This document shows, piece after piece, positions 10,351-20,871 of a stretch of DNA of 64,000 bases. This DNA comes from Bacteroidales bacterium (GTDB lineage Bacteria; Bacteroidota; Bacteroidia; Bacteroidales; UBA4417). The stretch lies in assembly GCA_038204995.1 (NCBI GenBank), contig JBBRCH010000006.1, forward strand, positions 1,324-65,323, read 5' to 3'. The first letter of the stretch is position 1. Each line of letters opens with the position of its first letter. The notes under the pieces are model-generated. The model saw nothing but the letters and a program-made list of their open reading frames with translations, was not told the origin of the DNA and did no database searches. The position numbers and the translations under genes were made by a program.

Positions 10351-12708
10351 TTATTTCCTCGTTTTATAATAGCCAAAACCGTATCCATACTGATCACGAT
10401 TTATTCTATTATCATTCAAAACAATGCAAACCTTACTCGCATTTTTCTGCTTGAGATCCCTCATTACAATTGAAAATACATTCTTTTTGGAATAGTTATA
10501 TCTAACAATTATCAATTTCAGATCAGCATTTTCCATTATTAAAAATCCATCGGTGACCTGGGCTAAGGGCGGAGTGTCCATAATAATATAATCATATCTT
10601 TCCTTCAATTTGTTTATTATTTCAGTTGTCTCTTCAAGTGCGAGTAATTCGGCAGGATTGGATGGAACATCACCAGATCTTATGTAATCGAGTTTCTCAT
10701 GAGGCGACTTACTAATAATCTCATCTAAACTGACCTTTTTATTAAGCAATGTACTTAATCCATTATGTTGATCTTCCTGGCTATTGAAATAATTAGATTT
10801 TTTTCTTAAGTCAAAATCCAGTAATATTGTCTTTCTGCCTAGTTGGGCATAACTCATTGCCAAATTCAAAGCACTAAATGATTTACCTTCTCCCTGAATG
10901 CTGGAAGTAACCATAATTACTTTATGATGTCCTGCATCCTTTATAAAAAAATCAATATTTGTTCTGAGTGCACGGTATGACTCTGCAATAACTGATAAAG
11001 GAAATTCAAAAACCACATTATTGGTCTTTTTATAATTGTGCATTATCTTTCCTAATACCGGAAACTCCGATAACCTTTCAATGGTTTCCTGCGTTTCTAT
11101 CTTATTGTTCAGGGCATTTTTGAGCAAAAGAAATCCAAATGGCAACCCCATTCCCAATAAAAATGCCAAAATATAATTCTTTTGCTTGTTGGGGGAAACT
11201 GCCCCTGTAACGATTGCATTTTCAAGAATAACATCGTCAGGTAAGTTAGAGGCTTTAGTAATTTTCGCTTCAGCTCGTTTCTCCAATAAATAATTATATA
11301 TAGCATCGTTTAAACGATATTTACGTTCAATACCCCCAAGTTGCCTTTCTGTTTTAGGAATATTACTTATTTGTGCTTCTGTCTTTGAAATTCTTTTGTT
11401 TAATTCATCTAAAGATATTTCCGTAGTTTGCCTGAGAGTAGATATGTTTTCCGTAATCGTCCTTTTTGTGTTCTCAATTTGGATATCCAGTTTTTTAATT
11501 AATGGATTTTTTTCCTGATTGTTTGCTATCAGATTCGACCTTTGTGCCTGTGCAGTAATGAGACCGGTCATAAGGTTAGTTAAAATCTGATCCGGAATCC
11601 CCATTGATGCAGGATTTACCATATTTGAAAAATCGTCATGCTTTGAGATGTAATCAGCAACATAATCATAATAGCGTTTTCGTGAAACTAACTCGGCCCT
11701 TTGATTTTGTAGATTCATATATTGCTGAGAAATACCACTCGATTGCTGTGTTACATCTAAAAGCTGATTCGATGATCTGAAACGCTGCAAATTATCTTCA
11801 GTCATACTCAAAGAATCAGAAATCTCGCTTAATTGTTTTTCGATATAATCAATAGTAATACTGGCAATATGATTTTTTCTGTTAAGATTCTGCTGAGAAT
11901 AAACGTCCATGAGTTCGTTCACCAAATCTTTACCCTTATTAACCGATTCGGAGAATAAACTTATTTCAATCACCGTAGCTTTTTTATCGACAACATTAAA
12001 ATCAAAACTATTTTTAAATCTACTCGTTAAGGAATTGTTTTCCGAAAACTGAAAACTATACAAAGAATATTCTTCTTCATTCATTATTCTGGTACTATCT
12101 AACTCTATGATAAAGGCAAAATCTTGCGTCTGAATTAATTTCCCTACCTTTCCAAAGGAATCTATTGACCATTTATCTTTCTGGTTTCTCACTACGTTTG
12201 CATTGAAATCAAAGAAAATCACATCCTCGCCTGAAGATTTCAATTGGAAACCTCCTCCTTTTAGAAATGTAATAAAAATCTGCACATTCAATGGCTGAAC
12301 ATGATTCTGGGAGAATAAAACTTTGAAAGGTGCATTTTTATATGCATCTGTATACTGGTATTTCTCTTTCCTGAAATAGCTTACGGTTAAGTCAAGATTT
12401 TTAACTGTCTGTTGAATAACAGGAATTGATTTCAACACCCAGAGTTCATTCTGAAAATTTTGATTTTCACCAAATAAATTACTATTTAAATAATCATTCA
12501 TATTCCCTCTGTTTTTATTCTCATCTTCTTTAATTAATATTGAAGAAGATATTTTATAGATAGGAATTGAAAAATAATTTTTTAGAAATGCTAAGCCAAA
12601 AGCAATTATTAAAGTGACTATAAATATTTTATAATTTCTCAATAAAAGTTCTGTGATCTTTTTAAGATCATTATCTTCTTGAATATTAATATTTTGCATC
12701 TGTGACAT
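10351..12708 (-). CDS. wzc: polysaccharide co-polymerase / BY-tyrosine kinase (Wzc, GumC-like)
   Basis: 785 aa. It has an N-terminal Wzz-type TM segment plus a long coiled-coil region and a second TM segment. The C-terminal kinase has Walker A VTSSIQGEGKS, Walker B IIMDTPP and the Tyr-rich tail DQYGYGFGYYKTRK. Confidence 0.85.
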   Translation of the reverse strand: MSQMQNINIQEDNDLKKITELLLRNYKIFIVTLIIAFGLAFLKNYFSIPIYKISSSILIKEDENKNRGNMNDYLNSNLFGENQNFQNELWVLKSIPVIQQTVKNLDLTVSYFRKEKYQYTDAYKNAPFKVLFSQNHVQPLNVQIFITFLKGGGFQLKSSGEDVIFFDFNANVVRNQKDKWSIDSFGKVGKLIQTQDFAFIIELDSTRIMNEEEYSLYSFQFSENNSLTSRFKNSFDFNVVDKKATVIEISLFSESVNKGKDLVNELMDVYSQQNLNRKNHIASITIDYIEKQLSEISDSLSMTEDNLQRFRSSNQLLDVTQQSSGISQQYMNLQNQRAELVSRKRYYDYVADYISKHDDFSNMVNPASMGIPDQILTNLMTGLITAQAQRSNLIANNQEKNPLIKKLDIQIENTKRTITENISTLRQTTEISLDELNKRISKTEAQISNIPKTERQLGGIERKYRLNDAIYNYLLEKRAEAKITKASNLPDDVILENAIVTGAVSPNKQKNYILAFLLGMGLPFGFLLLKNALNNKIETQETIERLSEFPVLGKIMHNYKKTNNVVFEFPLSVIAESYRALRTNIDFFIKDAGHHKVIMVTSSIQGEGKSFSALNLAMSYAQLGRKTILLDFDLRKKSNYFNSQEDQHNGLSTLLNKKVSLDEIISKSPHEKLDYIRSGDVPSNPAELLALEETTEIINKLKERYDYIIMDTPPLAQVTDGFLIMENADLKLIIVRYNYSKKNVFSIVMRDLKQKNASKVCIVLNDNRINRDQYGYGFGYYKTRK

Positions 12709-12736
12709 GAGACAATGTTTTTATAGAATCGTTAAA

Positions 12737-13522
12737 TCACTTAATAATAACGGTATAGACCAATAAGGCAGTAGAAATTGAACTTAAGATTACAGCAAAT
12801 GGGAATTCTTTAATTCCCCAAACACGTTTTTTGAGAGGTTTTATATAAATCATATCATTTGGTCTGAGGTAATAATAATTTGACTCAAGTATTTCCGGTT
12901 TTGTAAGGTCTAACATAATTATCGAATTTTTTCCATTTTCATTCCTTGCTAACGTAACTTCTTTTCTGTTGCTATATATGGTCATATCTCCAGCTAATCC
13001 AAGTGCATCATAAATACTTAGCTTTTCTTGAGCATAGGCAAAATGTCCTGGATTCCGGACTTCCCCTAATACGGAAATATAACGGTTCACTAATTTAACA
13101 GAAACATTTGGTTGACTTAGAATGTTTTTAAGAGAATCCTTCAACATTTCGCTAACCTGTTTTAGCGTTTTATCTTTCACCATTACATTGCCAATTATAG
13201 GTAGTAACAAATAACCGTCCTTGTTGATTGTATATGATGCCAATGATGCACCATAAGGCTGAATACCGCCAACATTGCCAATCTGCTGACTACTGGAATT
13301 CGAAAACACATTTGCAGCTGTTTCATCCAGGCTTGTTATCTGAATATACAATTCATCATTTGGTTTTAACTTGTAATCAGATATTTCCGCTTCTTTAAAG
13401 ATTTTATTTGAACTTTCATTCAACTGCATATATTCTATGTCGCGTTGAGTAACACAACTTGATAACAGGAGAATAGCCATTCCTGTAAGTATCAAATTGA
13501 TATTTTTTATCAATTTATTCAT
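12737..13522 (-). CDS. wza: polysaccharide export outer-membrane lipoprotein (Wza; Poly_export + SLBB)
   Basis: 261 aa. It has a lipoprotein signal ending LLLSSC, then YKLKPNDELYIQITS and ISVLGEVRNPGHF motifs. It is the first gene of the locus. Confidence 0.85.
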   Translation of the reverse strand: MNKLIKNINLILTGMAILLLSSCVTQRDIEYMQLNESSNKIFKEAEISDYKLKPNDELYIQITSLDETAANVFSNSSSQQIGNVGGIQPYGASLASYTINKDGYLLLPIIGNVMVKDKTLKQVSEMLKDSLKNILSQPNVSVKLVNRYISVLGEVRNPGHFAYAQEKLSIYDALGLAGDMTIYSNRKEVTLARNENGKNSIIMLDLTKPEILESNYYYLRPNDMIYIKPLKKRVWGIKEFPFAVILSSISTALLVYTVIIK

Positions 13523-14267
13523 TTTACTGTTTTTTTTTAGAATTAGTAACTAAATTATAATTCACAAGGTTATTTTAAGATTCCATACTTTTTCATCCTT
13601 TTGAATGTATATTTCTATGAAATCATAAACCATATTATTTTCGTAGTTAATAGAAAAGGAGTACTTATTCAGGATTATTAATTGGAATGGAAGTTAAAAA
13701 TACAATATTTTAAATAAAAATATGAGTCAAAAAAAAATATAATAAACTTAATTGGTTTTACAGCTTCGCCCTTTCAGTCACATCCATGGATATGCTGTAA
13801 AAAATAAATTAATTCATATACTTATAATGCATTAATATGTGAAAAGTAATATAACTCTAATTACTGTTTTTCTCTTTTCACAAACACATTTCTCCGTTTA
13901 TTGTATTTAGATTTTTAACAATCAACTGAAGTTGGTTGAATTCGGAATTCGCAAAATTTAAACATTACTATTTACCCAACTCTAAACAAACAATATTCTA
14001 AAAAAAAGAGGTCTGCCAGTTTTGATTATTGGATGTGAAATTCGGTTAAAAATGTGAATTATTATTTTTCATACGATCAGTTACTTACCATTCTCCTGTT
14101 CTCAATTCTATGCATTAACAACATTTAGCCAAGTTTTCTAGTCCTGAAATTATAAATTAGTTGAATGAATATTTAGACATGATTTCTCGGGTAGAAAGTG
14201 ACATCATGTTAGAACGCATTTTAATAGATTTTGAATTATTCATGCGGCTTTATCTTAGCAATAAATG

Positions 14268-14307
14268 TACCATAGTCTGTAATTGTATGTATAACAGTAC
14301 TATGGTA
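14268..14307. other. imperfect inverted repeat / stem-loop in the ORF-free gap
   Basis: TACCATAGTCTGT (14268..14280) pairs with ACAGTACTATGGTA (14294..14307). This gives 13 bp with one bulged T and a 13-nt loop. Confidence 0.4.
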
Positions 14308-14976
14308 GTAATTCCCACTTATGAACATTTTTTATTTTGGTACACTTGTCCTGTATTTGTAATAACCAACAAATTTTCCCAGTAACGTACTAATTGTTCC
14401 AAAATTGGCAATTTTCCGATAAAGGTAATATTTATTTATTCCTGCTATAAAAGAATCAGTCAAATCAGCATATTTAGGTTTCAGGTGCAAGATTTTGATA
14501 CTATTCATAGTAATAGCAGTTATTTTGAGTTTATTTCGAAAGTATTTCCTATATCTTATTCGCCGATTTGAAAAGCATCTTACAAAAAACATCGATTTGT
14601 ATTTATCAAAAAAAAAGAAAACTAAATCATTTGACTATCAAAACTTTAATAATGTTATATTTCAGTTAATTGATTTAAAGATGAACTTCCGCAAACATTT
14701 AATATTATAGTTAAATATTAAACCAGAGTAGGATCAGGCAATAAGATCTGTATTAAATTTAATAAAATACGATTAAAAAAAAGCCTTTTAATTGCTTGAA
14801 ATAATCAATACAGGTTAACAAACAGTTGGCATGTATAAATTGTTTAAGACTACTTATACCATATTAAATATTTGAAACTTTTGTTAATAACAATATGACT
14901 GAACTGCTACTTATTTATTATTATTAATTAATTTCGCAAGCCTAAAAGTTTTATTTCAACTAATTTCAGAATAATA

Positions 14977-15624
14977 ATGAAACTCGATAAAATCTTTGGT
15001 TTTCTGGTTCCTAAAGACCGCAAGTTTTTCCCTCTTTTTAATGAGGCTGCTGATAATCTGGTTCTGGCCTCTGAACTGCTTATAAAACTGATCAGAGAAT
15101 CTGATCTGGATAAAAGGCAGGATTATATGAAAGCAATTAAAGATGCTGAGCACGTTGGAGACGATATTACACGAAAACTAATGGATGAACTAAACGGAAC
15201 TTTCATTACACCTTTCGATAGGGAAGATATTCATGAGCTGGTAAGTAAAATGGATGGTGTTGTGGATTATATCAATGCTGCATCAAAAAGAATCCAATTT
15301 TATAAAATATCCGTCTTCCCCGAAGAATTTGTATCGATTGCCGATCTTTTACATTCTGCAAATAAAGAGATTCAACTGGTTCTGAGAAGCGTTAAAAACG
15401 TAAATGACTTTAAGGATTATGCAGCATCTTGTCAGAAAATAAGTGATATGGAAAGCGAGGTTGATGATATTTACCAGAGTTACTTGGCAAATCTGTTCGA
15501 ACATGAAGTCAATGCAATCGACCTGATTAAAAAACGTGATATTCTGACAGCGCTGGAAAAAGCAATTGACAGATGTGATGACGTTGCTGATGTGTTTTCA
15601 ACCTTAGCAGTAAAAATGGGATAG
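14977..15624 (+). CDS. DUF47 family protein (PhoU-like partner of PiT transporters)
   Basis: 215 aa. MKLDKIFGFLVPKDRKFFPLF and FITPFDREDIHELV are characteristic of TIGR00153/DUF47. It lies directly upstream of a PiT gene. Confidence 0.85.
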   Translation: MKLDKIFGFLVPKDRKFFPLFNEAADNLVLASELLIKLIRESDLDKRQDYMKAIKDAEHVGDDITRKLMDELNGTFITPFDREDIHELVSKMDGVVDYINAASKRIQFYKISVFPEEFVSIADLLHSANKEIQLVLRSVKNVNDFKDYAASCQKISDMESEVDDIYQSYLANLFEHEVNAIDLIKKRDILTALEKAIDRCDDVADVFSTLAVKMG

Positions 15625-15693
15625 TTTATAGATATTAAATCTGAATTGCACCAACTAAATAAACTGAAATCTTAATGGATTAATCTGCAAAAG

Positions 15694-16740
15694 ATGAACT
15701 TCACCTTGTTAATAGTTATCATAACTCTTGCCTTTTTATTCGATTTCATAAATGGTTTTCACGATGCTGCAAATTCGATTGCAACCATTGTATCAACAAA
15801 GGTATTAACGCCTTTTCAAGCAGTATTATGGGCTGCCTTCTTTAATTTTCTGGCTTATGCTATCTTTGAACTGAAAATAGCTGATACTATTGCAAAAGTA
15901 GTTGATACCAATATAATTACGCTTCATGTTATACTTGCAGGGATTATTGCTGCAATCATCTGGAATCTGCTTACCTGGTACCTCGGTATACCATCGAGTT
16001 CGTCACATACTCTTGTAGGCGGTTTTGCAGGAGCAGCAATAGCTCATGCAGGATGGGGTGTTGTTCATACGGATAAAATAATAAAGATTGCTTCGTTTAT
16101 TTTTCTGGCACCAATACTCGGAATGATAATCTCGTATTTTATATCAATATTTTTATTAAATATTTTAAGAAACGGCAACCCTCATATTCTTGAAAAATAC
16201 TTCAAACAACTGCAATTGTTATCCTCCGCACTCTTTAGTCTTGGGCATGGGGGGAATGACGCACAGAAAGTTATGGGAATTATTGCAGCTACTTTAATGG
16301 TATACTTTCATGGCGTTGATCCTTCAGCAATTCCTTCCTGGGCACATATAACACTTAACGAAGCAGGAAAAATACATGCCATCCCGCATTGGGTTGTATT
16401 TGGGTGTTATACGGCTATAGGAGTCGGGACTCTTTCAGGTGGCTGGAGAATTGTGAAAACTATGGGTACAAAAATCACGAAACTAACTCCCTTTGAAGGG
16501 GTAGCTGCAGAAACTGCCGGCGCTTTGCTTTTATTCGGTACTGATGCTTTTGGCATCCCTGTAAGCACTACTCATACAATTACCGGAGCAATAATGGGAA
16601 CAGGCTTAACTAAACGTGTAACTGCTGTCAGGTGGGGAGTTACAATTAACTTATTGTATGCATGGATTCTGACTATCCCGGTTTCAATGATAATTGCCGC
16701 ACTTGTGTATTATCTTTTTGTTTGGATGGGATACAACTAG
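15694..16740 (+). CDS. inorganic phosphate transporter, PiT family
   Basis: 348 aa and polytopic. It carries the duplicated PHO4 signatures GFHDAANSIAT and GHGGNDAQK. Confidence 0.9.
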   Translation: MNFTLLIVIITLAFLFDFINGFHDAANSIATIVSTKVLTPFQAVLWAAFFNFLAYAIFELKIADTIAKVVDTNIITLHVILAGIIAAIIWNLLTWYLGIPSSSSHTLVGGFAGAAIAHAGWGVVHTDKIIKIASFIFLAPILGMIISYFISIFLLNILRNGNPHILEKYFKQLQLLSSALFSLGHGGNDAQKVMGIIAATLMVYFHGVDPSAIPSWAHITLNEAGKIHAIPHWVVFGCYTAIGVGTLSGGWRIVKTMGTKITKLTPFEGVAAETAGALLLFGTDAFGIPVSTTHTITGAIMGTGLTKRVTAVRWGVTINLLYAWILTIPVSMIIAALVYYLFVWMGYN

Positions 16741-16766
16741 AAAAGAAGCCTTCTAAATATTAATTT

Positions 16767-17459
16767 TCAATGATCTTCTTTTGCATTGAATGATCTCTCG
16801 CCAAAAATGCCTGAACCGATTCTGATAATCGTACTTCCTTCTTCAATCGCTATCGGATAATCATCTGTCATACCCATTGATATTTCACAAAAATCAGGTT
16901 GCCGGCTAAAATACATTGATTTTAATAAATCATAATAAGCGTGCAAGGTCTTAAATTCTGAACTGATTTGCTTTCTATCATCAGTAAACGTTGCCATACC
17001 CATTATACCTTTAACACTTATACTTTTAAGTCCCTGAAATAAATTATTATCAAGCATCTCTTTTGCTTCAATAATCGAAAAACCATATTTTGCTTCTTCG
17101 CTGGCAATATGAAACTGAAGTAAACAGGGTATGATCCGGTTGCACTTTATGGCTTCCTTGTTGATTTCCATTAATAATCTGAAACTATCAACACTTTGAA
17201 TCATACTTATATAAGGCGAAATTAATTTGATTTTATTGGTCTGCAGATGCCCAATAAAGTGCCATTCAATTTGTGTCGGTAAAATCTTATATTTTGCATA
17301 CAGTTCCTGAGCCTTGTTTTCACCAAATGCTTTGTGTCCACTCTGGCTAAAGAGTTCTTCAATTTCCGAGGCTGGTTTTGTTTTTGATACAGCAACGATT
17401 TTCACATTTTGAGGTATTTCGGCTCTAAGTGCACCAAATCTTTTTACACTATTCATCAT
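16767..17459 (-). CDS. yggS: YggS family pyridoxal-phosphate-binding protein
   Basis: 230 aa. KIVAVSKTKP (PLP lysine), WHFIGHLQTNK and ISMGMTDDY match the family. Confidence 0.85.
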   Translation of the reverse strand: MMNSVKRFGALRAEIPQNVKIVAVSKTKPASEIEELFSQSGHKAFGENKAQELYAKYKILPTQIEWHFIGHLQTNKIKLISPYISMIQSVDSFRLLMEINKEAIKCNRIIPCLLQFHIASEEAKYGFSIIEAKEMLDNNLFQGLKSISVKGIMGMATFTDDRKQISSEFKTLHAYYDLLKSMYFSRQPDFCEISMGMTDDYPIAIEEGSTIIRIGSGIFGERSFNAKEDH

Positions 17460-18046
17460 TTACAATTTTATTTAACAAACCTACACAAGATCGGGAAGAT
17501 TTGCAATAGTTAATGCCTTTCAAGACTGTATATTCAAATATTTTTTTTTGGAAAATAAATAGTTAAAAAGAAATGAAATCTAATACCAATGTGAATTTTA
17601 TAACAGGCCAAAGGCCGTTTTAAAATTCTACAGTGGTAAATACCGATCAGAAATTCGTTTAGTTGTCCCGATGTTCATCGGCATGGGCTATTGTGAATTT
17701 CATATCGCTATAAAGTGCTGATTGCAATTGAACAAATTAACCTTATAAATTAATTATTTGCTTCATATCCTGTTAGCTGATTTTAGCTTATCAGGGATCA
17801 GGATTGTTCAACTACACAAAAAATTACATTTATTTGATTTATTTATATTACCTTTTAATAAATAATGGATTAATATGTGGATAGTAGAACAAATAAAAGT
17901 AGGTTTGACTGAAAGCCCTTATTTTGATAAGAGGTTACTCTGGATGATTTCCCCCTAAGGATGATTCTTAAAACAAAGTATAAGTCATTGATTACATATC
18001 ACTTGAAAAGGATTAAATCATATTTCGGATCGGCAATATAGAATAC

Positions 18047-20863
18047 ATGAAGATTTTTAACACTGAGGTTAAGGTTAATAGATTCAGACAAAAAAAGATG
18101 AGTCTGATAAGGATATTATATTTTTATCCTATAGTATTCTTCTTAATCGGTCTCAGTACAATAATTGCTTATTATACCTGGCTACAGATTTATAAATATA
18201 ACAAACAAGTTGAAAAATTAAAAACAGAATTTCCTGAAAAACAGCGCGCTGAATTAAAATCAAAAATTTTATTATTACAGGATTATATTTTTTGGGTCAG
18301 ATCACACCCTGAAGAGTATACAACTGAACTCATAAGCAGAAGAATTAACACGATTGAAAGTTTGTTGAGAAATTATGACTCAAGCAAAGTTATTAAAAAT
18401 GAAACTTTAGCCGATGTATTCAGAGATACCCTTGATGAATTAAACAAAAGATCAGTTCTGAAAATTATCATCCTGAATAATAAACGGAATGTTTTGTATC
18501 CAAAATTTCCGTTCCAGCAGAAAAAAAATAAAGAAGCAGTCACGATGCTGAGTGGATTTAATCTTAAAAATTACTCCGAGACTGATTCTCTGATCAGCAG
18601 ATCATATAAAAATAAGCTATCGCCAGGTTCTTACCTGTTGATCAAAAACTGTAGTGTCGATAGCCTGGTAATTGGTTGTATTTATCAAACAGACCAAAAA
18701 ACTGAGATTATCCAGGAAGTGATCTTAGATAGCTTAAGCAAAATTCAATACAACAACAATGAGTATGTTATAATTAATACATTTAGTGGTTTTGCTTTAC
18801 TTTCGAGAGGAAAAAGGCAGATTCCTCCACTTAATATCAACAACAATAAAGAGACAAACTGGAAAAATATTTTTGTAAAAGAACTTGAATTTGCAAAAAA
18901 GCGCGAAGGTGGGTATTACACTTATTTTTGGCGGAACCAGCCTGATGTCGACAGAAGTGAGAAAACATCTTATTTTTCAGGAATTAATGATTGGAAATGG
19001 ATTATCGGCACTGGTTTCTTTACCAATGATGTTGATCCTATTATTAAAAATCTTAATGCTGAATTGAAGGCTGATATTTTAAACAACTTAATTCGTTTTT
19101 TTGTATTTCTTATTATTCTTAGTTTGTTGGCGTATTTAACCATGAGATATATAGCTGTAAAAGCAAAGTCAAACATTTTCCTTTTTATCCATTTTTTCAA
19201 ACGAGCTGCCCAGGGCGTGCAAATAATTGATACAAATAAACTTGCTTTTGCCGAGTTTGACTCATTGGCACTGGCAGCTAACCAGATGATTCATGAGAGA
19301 GAACGCATTAAATCAGTATTATCTGCTGAAAAATCGCGCCTCAGATATATGATTGATGCTATTCCCGACCTTATTTTCTTTAAAGATACGAATAGTAAAT
19401 TCCAGGGCTGTAACAAGGCATTTGAGAAATACATCAATAAAAAGTCAGAAGATATAATTGGATTATCTGAAAATGATCTTTTCAAAAAGTCAGAAGCATC
19501 TGATTTTTTGAAATCTGATAAACGAATTATTAAAACGTTAGAACCTGAACGTACTAGCAATTGGATTGAGTATCCCAATGGTCAAAGATGTCTCTTTTAC
19601 ACCTTAAAAACTCCATATTTCGATTCGGATAATAACTTATTGGGAATGATTGGTATTAGCCGCGATATCACTGAAATGGAGGAAACCCGCCAGCGTTTGA
19701 TAATGGCAAAAGAAAAAGCAGAAGAATCGGACAGGTTGAAAACTGCTTTTCTTGCAAATATGAGTCATGAAATCAGGACACCTATGAATGCTATAATCGG
19801 GTTTTCCGATTTGTTGTCTGAGGATGATCTGACTGAAGAGGATAAAATTGATTTCATATCAAAAATTAAAAATTCAGGACAATCGTTAATGTCATTAATC
19901 AATGATATCATTGACATTGCAAAAATAGAAGCCGGGCAACTGATAATATCCGAATCAGAGTGTGACATCAACCATATGCTTGCAGATCTGCATAGCACAT
20001 TCGAAGAGTCTAAAAATGCATCAGGCAAAAAGAGTCTGGGATTAAACCTCATTGTGCCAGATTCTGGTAGCAATTTATTTGTGATGACTGATCCTATGAG
20101 GTTACAACAAATACTTACGAACCTGATAGGCAATGCCTTAAAATTTACTGAATTTGGAAATATTGAATTTGGTTATACTTGCCTGAATGACACACTCTCC
20201 TTTTTCGTAAAAGACAGCGGAATTGGGATATTGCGGAGTAAACAGAAGCTATTATTTCAAAGGTTCAGCCAACTTGATCCAACTACAACCCGCAAGTATG
20301 GCGGAACTGGCCTTGGTTTGGCTATTTCCAAAAACTTAGTTGACTTGTTAGGCGGCACAATTGGAATGGAATCAAATCCAGGAAAAGGCTCAATTTTTTA
20401 TTTTACCATTCCTTATAAGCCTGCAATTAAGAAACCTTTAATAAACATCAAAACCGATGTGCACAATATTAACTGGAAGGGGAAGACTATCTTGATTGCC
20501 GAAGATATTTTACAGAATTTTATGCTAATGGAAGCTCTTCTAAGACGGAGTGAAGTCAGGTTGCTACATGCCCTGAATGGGCAAATCGCAATTGATATTG
20601 TAAAATCGGAACCTGATATTGATCTCATACTGATGGATATCCAGCTGCCAATTAAAACAGGGTATGAAGCGCTAAAAGAAATAATGGAGATAAGACCCGA
20701 TATACCTGTGATGAGTTATACAGCCTTTGCTTTACCTCATGAGCGCGAAAAAAGTCTTTCGGCCGGGTTTGTTGATTTTATTCCTAAACCTATTAAATCT
20801 GAAAACCTGATTCCTATGCTCGACAAATATCTTCATAACCAGGTTGAAATAAAGATAAAGTGA
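18047..20863 (+). CDS. hybrid sensor histidine kinase/response regulator (TM - Cache-like periplasmic domain - TM - PAS - HisKA - HATPase - REC)
   Basis: 938 aa. It has the Cache-like GGYYTYFWRNQ...WKWIIGTGFF, a PAS region, the H-box SHEIRTPMNAI, N/G boxes NLIGNALKFT, DSGIGI and GGTGLGLAIS, and a receiver with LILMDIQLP. Confidence 0.85.
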   Translation: MKIFNTEVKVNRFRQKKMSLIRILYFYPIVFFLIGLSTIIAYYTWLQIYKYNKQVEKLKTEFPEKQRAELKSKILLLQDYIFWVRSHPEEYTTELISRRINTIESLLRNYDSSKVIKNETLADVFRDTLDELNKRSVLKIIILNNKRNVLYPKFPFQQKKNKEAVTMLSGFNLKNYSETDSLISRSYKNKLSPGSYLLIKNCSVDSLVIGCIYQTDQKTEIIQEVILDSLSKIQYNNNEYVIINTFSGFALLSRGKRQIPPLNINNNKETNWKNIFVKELEFAKKREGGYYTYFWRNQPDVDRSEKTSYFSGINDWKWIIGTGFFTNDVDPIIKNLNAELKADILNNLIRFFVFLIILSLLAYLTMRYIAVKAKSNIFLFIHFFKRAAQGVQIIDTNKLAFAEFDSLALAANQMIHERERIKSVLSAEKSRLRYMIDAIPDLIFFKDTNSKFQGCNKAFEKYINKKSEDIIGLSENDLFKKSEASDFLKSDKRIIKTLEPERTSNWIEYPNGQRCLFYTLKTPYFDSDNNLLGMIGISRDITEMEETRQRLIMAKEKAEESDRLKTAFLANMSHEIRTPMNAIIGFSDLLSEDDLTEEDKIDFISKIKNSGQSLMSLINDIIDIAKIEAGQLIISESECDINHMLADLHSTFEESKNASGKKSLGLNLIVPDSGSNLFVMTDPMRLQQILTNLIGNALKFTEFGNIEFGYTCLNDTLSFFVKDSGIGILRSKQKLLFQRFSQLDPTTTRKYGGTGLGLAISKNLVDLLGGTIGMESNPGKGSIFYFTIPYKPAIKKPLINIKTDVHNINWKGKTILIAEDILQNFMLMEALLRRSEVRLLHALNGQIAIDIVKSEPDIDLILMDIQLPIKTGYEALKEIMEIRPDIPVMSYTAFALPHEREKSLSAGFVDFIPKPIKSENLIPMLDKYLHNQVEIKIK

Positions 20864-20871
20864 TCAGAATG

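Noticed and set aside
14050-14072. Reading AAATGTGAATT as a CRP/FNR-family binding site
   Set aside because: Only the left half-site matches. None of the five copies has a TCACA-like right half-site at N6 spacing.
14161-14710. Three overlapping 71-86-aa ORFs in the 1.45-kb gap, including the minus-strand 86-aa ORF 14332..14592
   Set aside because: They are mutually overlapping, rich in K/N/I/Y/F as expected from random AT-rich DNA, and show no recognisable family motif. I considered a gene remnant but could not support it without a similarity search.
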